Assembly (NCBI GenBank): GCA_964604615.1
Contig: CAZRZU010000003.1
Span: 1 to 45,202, forward strand
DNA from: an uncultured Oscillospiraceae bacterium
GTDB lineage: Bacteria > Bacillota > Clostridia > UMGS1883
Direction: 5' to 3'
Length of the DNA stretch: 45,202 nucleotides
The stretch's first letter is position 1. Every line of letters starts with the position of its first letter. Below the pieces are notes generated by a model. The model was not told the origin of the DNA. It was given only the letters and a program-made list of their open reading frames with translations, and made no database searches. Shown here piece after piece: positions 1 through 6,852 of the stretch. A program made the translations under genes and the position numbers.

Positions 1-88
1 CCTTCTTTCCCGAACCCTTCGCGACTCTTGAAAATTAAGTTTTTCGACAGTCTGAGGAGTTGCTGCAAATAATTTGCAGCAGTCCCTA
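1..88 (-). repeat. Partial, reverse-oriented second copy of the hairpin-bounded element seen in full at 41484-41882; truncated by the window edge
   Basis: The reverse complement of 1-54 aligns by hand to 41512-41567 at about 44 of 56 positions (CAGACTGTCGAAAAACTTA... versus CAGCATGTCGATAAACTTA...; TCGCGAAGGGTTCGGGAAAGAAGG versus TCGCGAAAGGTTCGGAAAAGAAGG). It is preceded by a terminal hairpin at 56-86 (GGAGTTGCTGCAAAT/ATTTGCAGCAGTCCC), in the same position as the 41484-41511 hairpin. Confidence 0.7.
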
Positions 89-91
89 TAA

Positions 92-643
92 TTATTTATC
101 TTGTGATATATCTTTTACAACCTTTTGCACCGTTCCGTAAATGCAGGATTTAATAAGTGAAACAAATTTTTCGGCAGGAATCATGTCCGGTTCAAGAAGC
201 CATTTTTTTATTGCATTGACGAAAGCTTCAGAGAAAAAGGATACATAAAAATTATTGTTTTCATCATCTGCAAAAATATCATAAATGTATTTTTCAACAA
301 CAGGTATCAAAAGATCCTGGAAGTATTCAAAAAATGAGTTCTGACCGTCATATTTTAAAACCTTGCGATAGAATCGTTTGTTTTCTTCAAGATATTTACA
401 TACATCTTGAAGAAAAGAGAACCCGTCTTCATATTTCTTTTCCTTAACAGAAGCAATAAATTCGGTATAATAAATCCAGTTTACCAAGTCGTATTTATCT
501 TTAAAATGATAATAAAAACTCTTCCTGTTCATTTCGCACCTGTTGCAGATGTGTGCTACCGTAATTTTATCAAAGCTCATTTCCTCCATGCTTTCTTTAA
601 GTGCTGCTGCAAGAGCCTTTTTTGTTAAATTTGAATCAGCCAT
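92..643 (-). CDS. TetR/AcrR-family transcriptional regulator (DhaS-like)
   Basis: 183-aa ORF. The N-terminal HTH block KITVAHICNRCEMNRKSFYYHFKDKYDLVNWIY is typical of TetR-family regulators. GGAGG lies 7 nt upstream of the ATG on the minus strand. Confidence 0.85.
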   Translation of the reverse strand: MADSNLTKKALAAALKESMEEMSFDKITVAHICNRCEMNRKSFYYHFKDKYDLVNWIYYTEFIASVKEKKYEDGFSFLQDVCKYLEENKRFYRKVLKYDGQNSFFEYFQDLLIPVVEKYIYDIFADDENNNFYVSFFSEAFVNAIKKWLLEPDMIPAEKFVSLIKSCIYGTVQKVVKDISQDK

Positions 644-689
644 TCTGATGCCTCCTCATAACAAATATCAAGCAAGAGCTTTCTATATC

Positions 690-736
690 AAAAAATGACG
701 GGACCTATCTGCAAAGTGCAGATAAGTCTCGTCATT
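690..736 (-). terminator. Intrinsic terminator inside the 5' leader of the TetR gene (minus strand)
   Basis: About 20-bp stem (plus-strand AATGACGGGACCTATCTGCA 694-713 / TGCAGATAAGTCTCGTCATT 717-736, one mismatch and one wobble). On the minus strand it is followed by a TTTTTT run (695-690). Confidence 0.6.
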
Positions 737-811
737 TAAGATGCAACCGGGATAAATCCGGAATGTCGATAGCATCGCACATTGGTGCTGACTACTCCCT
801 TACTTAGAGAT

Positions 812-840
812 ATTATACTTTATAACAGGGCGAAATTCAA
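812..840 (-). promoter_or_regulatory. Near-consensus sigma-A promoter on the minus strand, about 165 nt upstream of the TetR start
   Basis: The minus strand reads TTGAAT (840-835), a 17-nt spacer, then TATAAT (817-812). Confidence 0.6.
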
Positions 841-920
841 GATGCAAGGGTAAAACACTTTTGGACAATTGCGAATAAATGTCCAAAACGATACAAAGAG
901 TGCGCAAAACATAAAAAATG

Positions 921-948
921 TTGACAAATAAGGAAAAAATGATAAAAT
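921..948 (+). promoter_or_regulatory. Sigma-A promoter of metalloprotease paralog 1
   Basis: TTGACA (921-926), 16-nt spacer, TGaTAAAAT (extended -10, 940-948). It is nearly identical to the block upstream of paralog 2. Confidence 0.6.
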
Positions 949-978
949 TATATTTAAGATTGTTAAGGAGTTGTGCTT

Positions 979-3219
979 ATGAAAAAAGTTTTTTGTTTAA
1001 TTTTAACATTAACCTTAATTTTGACATCAATTACTGCCGGTGCAGTGGGTGTAGTATGGTCGCAAACCACCTTGGAGAAGGGCACCCTTACAGCTACTGT
1101 TACGGGTGTTTCTGATGGTGACAGAATAGTGGTGCGTGTTCTTCGGGACGGTGTGTTCTCAAACCTGAACATGGTATGGGCAGAAGGGGAAGAGGCTGAA
1201 ATTTCTGTTGACATCGCTTCCGGTGATGACGAGGCAAGTATTTTTGTGTGGGAGCAGAATAGTATGATACCCCGGCTTTCCACTGCCGGCATATCTGAAA
1301 TAACAACAGCCGGTATTAAAGATGAAAATGCCCTTTTCAGCGATAACCAGATGGTAAATAATGCAAACGCAGTGGGTTATATGACACTTGATACTCCCCT
1401 TGTGGGTGATTATTCCGTGAGCTTTGATTTAACCGTAAGAGAGGTTGGCGACAATGCCATTATGCTTGGTGACAGCAGCAATGCTACTACACTCGGCTAC
1501 GGTGAATCAAGTGCAATTTTGCAGTTTGCAAACAGCACAAACTTCCAGACAAGACGAGGTGACGGCTCGGGTAGCTACTCCGAAGCAGCTGAAACAATCT
1601 GCACCTTTGAAACAGGAAAGACTTATCACGTTACAATCCAGGGTAATACAACAACAAATACCTACAACGTAATAATTAATGACGGCACAAATCAGTACAT
1701 AAGCAGTACTATGACTGCAAGAACAAATGTAGCAACAGCCATTGACACTATCTATTTTGTAAATAATTCCAAGAATATAACCGAGAGTAACGGATATTAT
1801 ACAAACTACAACTTCTCGGGAACAAGTTTTGAAATTCTCAACGAAGAAACAGTTGAAATCCCCAAGTACGAATACTCAGGTCTGGGTATGTACTACGGCT
1901 TAGAGGTTGTTTCCACAGGCAAGTATGTAAGAGGTAACAACGGTAAGTTGACTGCCGATTATACTTCTGCCTCCGATACAAGCGCAATGTTCCTGCCCCG
2001 TGACTTGGGCGACGGAAGTCATGCCTTCGTGTGCAAAAGCTCCTCAAACCGTATGACAACAACAGGCACAAGCGGGGAACAGCTTACCAGTAGTGCATAT
2101 GTTATGACAAATAACACGCAGCACTGGGTGATGGAAGAGAGCGAAAGCTATTCCGAAACAAACAGAACATATTACTTTAAGCATATTGACTCAGGTAACT
2201 ACGTAGGCTTAAGCGGCACAAACCTTGCTCTTGTTACAAGTGCAGACAAAAAGGAAATCCGCCTTGTACCCGTTGAGGGTGAGAGCCTCCTTTACCAAGT
2301 TTCCAAGACAGACGCATACAATCTTCTTTCCGCAGCACAACGTGAAAGACTTGAGAGTGTTTACGAATCCGTTGCAGGTGACGTATTTGGTCGTTACGGC
2401 GGTACAACTGAGTGGACTCCCAGAATAAGAATGGATAATATGTTCACGGAAATTCTTAGCGGCACTTTAACAGAGGCAGAACAGCTTGCAAAACTTGAAG
2501 AGTTCTTAACAGCCTCCTCAAACGGTTATATTTACGACGGACAGGCGAGCTATCAGACAATCAGCACATCAATCCCCGGAACAGAAGGTCTGTACTGGGA
2601 ACAGGATGAAGGTACGGCGGGCAACTACGACTTCTGGAGCGGTACTTATCTTGATGGTATGCTTTACAAGTATACAATATATGAAGCTGACGGCACAGCT
2701 CAGCAGACAATTAACCTTTATGTTGAAGACCAGTCAACAGCACAGACAAATGCTGCAACATTTAGAGAAGTTCTTTTGAATATTCCTTATGCTTTCCGTC
2801 AGCATTTGACAACAGTAAAGATAAGAAACGACGGAGCAAACTACTATAACGGCGGTGGCGGTGTGCTTTATATCAGAATTAACTGGTGCCCCGATGCAAA
2901 CAATATGCGCAGCACAGTTATTCACGAATTAGGCCATATCGTAGACCAGGCATGCGGCACATGGTCCAACGGAAGTGGCTGGGCGGCAGCAAAGAGTGCT
3001 GATATGTACTCTGCATCAGGCTATGCTAATTCAAGTAACGCAGAAGACTTTGCAGAATTCTGCAGAATGTACTTTGCAGCATACGGTAATCCCGACATGC
3101 AAAAGGGCCTTAAGGTAATTATGCCCGAGCGATATGCATCCTTCGGAAGACTTCGCCAGAATAATCTCGGCGGATGGGGTCTTTGGGAAGATGAATACAC
3201 AACTTACGGATACGAATAA
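979..3219 (+). CDS. Secreted multidomain protein with a C-terminal HExxH zinc-metalloprotease domain (ATLF / M34-like), paralog 1
   Basis: The ORF runs 973-3219. ATG 979 is preferred because AAGGAG at 965-970 lies 8 nt upstream. It has a signal peptide (MKKVFCLILTLTLILTSITAGA). HELGH is at nt 2923-2937, followed about 40 aa later by NAEDFAEFCRMYF, which resembles the HEFGH...EFFAEAF arrangement of lethal factor / PPEP-1-type M34 peptidases. The central region has a LamG-like segment and a QxW-containing beta-trefoil-like segment (NTQHW). Confidence 0.75.
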   Translation: MKKVFCLILTLTLILTSITAGAVGVVWSQTTLEKGTLTATVTGVSDGDRIVVRVLRDGVFSNLNMVWAEGEEAEISVDIASGDDEASIFVWEQNSMIPRLSTAGISEITTAGIKDENALFSDNQMVNNANAVGYMTLDTPLVGDYSVSFDLTVREVGDNAIMLGDSSNATTLGYGESSAILQFANSTNFQTRRGDGSGSYSEAAETICTFETGKTYHVTIQGNTTTNTYNVIINDGTNQYISSTMTARTNVATAIDTIYFVNNSKNITESNGYYTNYNFSGTSFEILNEETVEIPKYEYSGLGMYYGLEVVSTGKYVRGNNGKLTADYTSASDTSAMFLPRDLGDGSHAFVCKSSSNRMTTTGTSGEQLTSSAYVMTNNTQHWVMEESESYSETNRTYYFKHIDSGNYVGLSGTNLALVTSADKKEIRLVPVEGESLLYQVSKTDAYNLLSAAQRERLESVYESVAGDVFGRYGGTTEWTPRIRMDNMFTEILSGTLTEAEQLAKLEEFLTASSNGYIYDGQASYQTISTSIPGTEGLYWEQDEGTAGNYDFWSGTYLDGMLYKYTIYEADGTAQQTINLYVEDQSTAQTNAATFREVLLNIPYAFRQHLTTVKIRNDGANYYNGGGGVLYIRINWCPDANNMRSTVIHELGHIVDQACGTWSNGSGWAAAKSADMYSASGYANSSNAEDFAEFCRMYFAAYGNPDMQKGLKVIMPERYASFGRLRQNNLGGWGLWEDEYTTYGYE

Positions 3220-3222
3220 TAT

Positions 3223-3258
3223 AAAAGGACTTGTTCTGTGAACAAGTCCTTTTATTTG
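3223..3258 (+). terminator. Intrinsic terminator after paralog 1
   Basis: Perfect 13-bp stem AAAAGGACTTGTT (3223-3235) / AACAAGTCCTTTT (3241-3253), loop CTGTG, then a T-rich tail. Confidence 0.8.
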
Positions 3259-3267
3259 CTAAAAAGA

Positions 3268-3295
3268 TTGACAAATAAGGGGAAAATGATATACT
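3268..3295 (+). promoter_or_regulatory. Sigma-A promoter of metalloprotease paralog 2
   Basis: TTGACA (3268-3273), 16-nt spacer, TGaTATACT (3287-3295). The block TTGACAAATAAGGnnAAAATGATA is shared with 921-945. Confidence 0.6.
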
Positions 3296-3303
3296 AAGAG
3301 AGG

Positions 3304-5523
3304 GTGATTACAGTGAAAAAAGTTTTGAGTTTTATATTGCTGTTTTTAATGCTTTTTGCAATAAACGCAAATGCCGCAGAGGTTAAGTGGAGCGAGAATG
3401 TTCTCAGAAGCGGCTCTCTTACCGCACAAGTGTACGGAGTGGAAGAGGGGGACATGGTATCGGTTGCAGTTTATAAAGAAGGCACCCTCGTTTCAAAGGG
3501 TATAAAAATTGCACAAAGCGATGCGGTTGATGTTCCTGTGAATGTTACATCAGGCGATTATGCGAGGGTCTTGGTGTGGGATGAAAACTCCCTTGAGCCA
3601 AAAGCAGAGGTTTCGTCACGTCTGACCCCGGACGGTGTCAGTGACGATGCAATATTCAGCGACAATCAGCAGTCTAACCGTACAGATGCTGCAGCGGGGT
3701 ACAAAACCTTTAATGCAGTTACGGGAGAATATATGATAAAGATAAACATTAACGTTTTTCAAAAGGGCGATAATGCAATCTTAATCGGTGATAGCAGTAA
3801 CGGAACACTTAGTTACGGAGCAAGTTCAGCAATTCTTCTTTTCAACGGAGATAGTTTTGCCGTAAGAAACGGAAACGGAGAAGGCGGGTATACTGCAGAT
3901 GCGGTTAGCTTGTGTCAGGTAGACACAACTAAAACATATGAGGTAGTTTTTAAGGGGAATATAAGCGACAACACATATCAGGTAATTATAACAGAGGGTA
4001 AAAACCGTTATACAAGCGATTTGATGCACGCAAGAACTGACGGAGCAAAGCTTGACATAATTGCACTTGTTTCCAACGGCAGAAATACAGTGGTTAAAAA
4101 CGGCTGTTACTCCAATTTTGCTTTTTACGGGAAAAATCTTAGGGTTATAACAGACCCCGACGATATGGTGCTCGACCCCATATATACCTATGATGGCTTT
4201 GAAGGTCTGTATTACGGTTTAATGGTTGACGGTAAGTATGTAAGGGGCAACAACGGAAAATTAACCTACGACTACGACAGTGTAAAAGATACAAGTGCAA
4301 TGTTCATTCCCCGTGACATGGGCGATGGAAGTCATGCCTTCGTGTGCAGAAGCTCAAATAACCGTATAACCACACCTTCAACAATATTACAGAGCCTTGC
4401 AAGCTCGGCATATGCCGTAAATGATAACAGCCAGCATTGGATATTGGAAAAGAGCGAAAATTACTCGGAGGATAATCTGTCGTATTATATAAAGCATATT
4501 GACAATAATAATTATATCGGCAAGGCTTTTATAGGAAATAATCTTACCTTGAGGCAGGAGAGCGGAAAAGTTGAAGTGACCTTTGTTCCCTTGTATGATT
4601 ATAGTCCGTTGTATCTTGTAAGTCTTACGCAGTCTTATAATATGCTTACCGACAGGCAGAGGTATATGCTTGAAACCGTGTATGAGTCTGTGGCAGGGGA
4701 CATATTTGGCCGTTACGGCGGTTATACTGAATGGACTCCCAGAATAAGAATGGATAATATGTTCAATGAAATCCTTTCGGGAGGATTGTCCGAGTCGGCA
4801 CAGCTTACAAAGCTTAATGAATTTCTGAATGACACAAACGGATTTATATATCTGGGACAGGCAAGCTACGATGAGATAAGCACAGCTATTCCCGGAACGG
4901 AGGGCTTGTACGCAGAGATTGACGGAGGAACAGCAGGCACATACGATTTTTGGAGAGGCACAATGCTGGAAGGCATGCTTTACAAATACAGTATTTATAC
5001 CGCTGAGGGTGAGCTTGAGCAGACAATCAATATTTACGTTCAGAACGACGGAACGGCACAGACAAATGCCGCAACCTTCAAGAGGGTAATTCTGCAGATA
5101 CCCTACATATTCAGACAGCATCTTAAAAACGTGAAGGTGCGAAGCGATAGTGCCAACAGCTATAACGGCGGTGGCAACGATATGTACATAAGACTCAATT
5201 GGGCACCTAATGAAGCAAGCATGAGAAGCACTGTTGTGCATGAGCTTGGTCATATTATTGACACCCAGAACGGAAACTGGTCAACGGGCTCGGGCTGGGT
5301 AAATGCCATGGCACAGGATATGTTTACTCCCTCCGAGTACGGCGCAACAACTAACGCAGAGGACTTTGCAGAATTCACGAGAATGTATTTTGAGGCATAT
5401 ACCTGCAAGGACAGACAGAGAGGACTGGCGATAATTATGCCTGAAAGATATGCATCATTTGGCAGACTCAGAAAAAACAACCTTGGCGGCTGGGGCTTGT
5501 GGGAAGATGAATATACAAGCTGA
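3304..5523 (+). CDS. Secreted multidomain protein with a C-terminal HExxH zinc-metalloprotease domain (ATLF / M34-like), paralog 2
   Basis: 739-aa ORF; the start could be GTG 3304 or GTG 3313. It has a signal peptide. It is collinear with paralog 1 along its whole length. HELGH is at nt 5239-5253, followed by NAEDFAEFTRMYF. Both paralogs end in the same ...IMPERYASFGRLRxNNLGGWGLWEDEYT block. Confidence 0.75.
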   Translation: MITVKKVLSFILLFLMLFAINANAAEVKWSENVLRSGSLTAQVYGVEEGDMVSVAVYKEGTLVSKGIKIAQSDAVDVPVNVTSGDYARVLVWDENSLEPKAEVSSRLTPDGVSDDAIFSDNQQSNRTDAAAGYKTFNAVTGEYMIKININVFQKGDNAILIGDSSNGTLSYGASSAILLFNGDSFAVRNGNGEGGYTADAVSLCQVDTTKTYEVVFKGNISDNTYQVIITEGKNRYTSDLMHARTDGAKLDIIALVSNGRNTVVKNGCYSNFAFYGKNLRVITDPDDMVLDPIYTYDGFEGLYYGLMVDGKYVRGNNGKLTYDYDSVKDTSAMFIPRDMGDGSHAFVCRSSNNRITTPSTILQSLASSAYAVNDNSQHWILEKSENYSEDNLSYYIKHIDNNNYIGKAFIGNNLTLRQESGKVEVTFVPLYDYSPLYLVSLTQSYNMLTDRQRYMLETVYESVAGDIFGRYGGYTEWTPRIRMDNMFNEILSGGLSESAQLTKLNEFLNDTNGFIYLGQASYDEISTAIPGTEGLYAEIDGGTAGTYDFWRGTMLEGMLYKYSIYTAEGELEQTINIYVQNDGTAQTNAATFKRVILQIPYIFRQHLKNVKVRSDSANSYNGGGNDMYIRLNWAPNEASMRSTVVHELGHIIDTQNGNWSTGSGWVNAMAQDMFTPSEYGATTNAEDFAEFTRMYFEAYTCKDRQRGLAIIMPERYASFGRLRKNNLGGWGLWEDEYTS

Positions 5524-5556
5524 GTTTGTGTATTCAGCACTCTGCATTCTGCACTA

Positions 5557-5596
5557 AAAAATAAACCTGCTCATCAGAACAGGTTTATTTTTTTAC
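5557..5596. terminator. Bidirectional terminator between convergent genes
   Basis: AAATAAACCTG ... CAGGTTTATTT hairpin, flanked by an A-run on the left and a T-run on the right. Confidence 0.6.
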
Positions 5597-6834
5597 AGCT
5601 TTTCTTTTGCAATGGAAAGCATCAGCTTAATTCTGTTTTCCTGGTTAACTCTTGTTGCAGAGGGGTCATAGTCAATGGGAACTATATTAGCATCGGGATA
5701 CAGCTCGCGGATTTTACGAACCATACCCTTGCCGCATATGTGATTGGGAAGACAGCCAAAGGGCTGAGCACATACTATGTTTTCATAGCCCATTTTTATA
5801 AGGTCAATCATTTCGCCTGTTAATAGCCAGCCTTCACCCATTTTGTTGCCGTGACCGATAACACCCTGCACACCTTCCTTTGTATGTTCATAGGGCATGG
5901 GAGGAACAAACTGAGGGTATTTTTTAAAGGCTTCTATCATTGCTGTTTCAAACTTTTTAAAGAAATTGAAAAGGAACGAGCAAACAAGCTTTTTAAAGGG
6001 GTTGCCGCCGTAGAGCTTAATGTCTTCAAGGCGGTTGTCAACCTTGAAGAGCATAAATGCCAAAACACCGGGAAGAAGAACCTCGCAGTCCTGACTTGCC
6101 AAAAATTCTTCAAGGTTGTTATTGCCCAAAGAGGAATACTTAACGTAAATTTCACCTACGACACCAACCTTAACCTTAGGTGTTTTTTTAATTTCAATAG
6201 TTGCAAAGTCAGCAACAATTTTGTCCATATTTTCGTAAATTTTCTTGAAAGAAAACCGTTTCTTTGCCGAAAGTGAATCTGCAAGAGAGCTTACATATTT
6301 TGCGTACATTGCGTCTGTTTCGCCTTTGTTGACCTCGTAAGGTTTAATCTGGTTACGGAGAAGCATAAGAACGTCGCCGTATACAAGGCATGCCATTGCT
6401 CTTACTAAAAGTGCGGGAGTGAGGGAAAAGCCGCTGTTTTTTTCAAGGCCTGATAAATTAAGGCTTATAACGGGAACCTGAGGGAAGCCAGCCTTAACCA
6501 AAGCTTTTCTTAAAAGATGTATATAGTTGGAGGCACGACAGCCGCCGCCCGTCTGTGTAATCATAAGAGCTGTCTTGTTAACGTCATACTTGCCTGACTT
6601 TAAGGCATGAATCATCTGACCTATAACCAAAAGAGCAGGATAGCAAGTGTCGTTATGAACGTACATCAATCCGTCTGCTACAACTTCTTCGCTTCGGTTT
6701 TTAAGTATTTCGACCTTATAGCCAAAGGTTCTTACAACAGGTTCAACAATGTCAAAATGAGCTTCAAGCATATAAGGAGCTAATATAGTATAGTCCTTTT
6801 TCATTTCCTTTGTAAATTCAACATGATTAGACAT
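5593..6834 (-). CDS. 2-hydroxyacyl-CoA dehydratase-related protein (partner subunit of the adjacent activase-type ATPase); substrate unknown
   Basis: 413-aa ORF with AAAGGAG RBS. It starts 18 nt downstream of the activase gene on the same strand. Conserved Cys-containing blocks (HNDTCYPAL, TGGGCRASNY, AQPFGCLPNH) are typical of the benzoyl-CoA reductase / 2-hydroxyglutaryl-CoA dehydratase superfamily. Confidence 0.7.
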   Translation of the reverse strand: MSNHVEFTKEMKKDYTILAPYMLEAHFDIVEPVVRTFGYKVEILKNRSEEVVADGLMYVHNDTCYPALLVIGQMIHALKSGKYDVNKTALMITQTGGGCRASNYIHLLRKALVKAGFPQVPVISLNLSGLEKNSGFSLTPALLVRAMACLVYGDVLMLLRNQIKPYEVNKGETDAMYAKYVSSLADSLSAKKRFSFKKIYENMDKIVADFATIEIKKTPKVKVGVVGEIYVKYSSLGNNNLEEFLASQDCEVLLPGVLAFMLFKVDNRLEDIKLYGGNPFKKLVCSFLFNFFKKFETAMIEAFKKYPQFVPPMPYEHTKEGVQGVIGHGNKMGEGWLLTGEMIDLIKMGYENIVCAQPFGCLPNHICGKGMVRKIRELYPDANIVPIDYDPSATRVNQENRIKLMLSIAKEKL

Positions 6835-6852
6835 TTTACTATTTCTCCTTTC

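Noticed and set aside
4387-5253. 288-aa ORF on the minus strand inside metalloprotease paralog 2.
   Set aside because: It is fully antisense to a well-supported gene with signal peptide, domains and a paralog. Its translation is Cys/Ile/Lys-rich low complexity, it has no RBS, and it is a typical shadow ORF.
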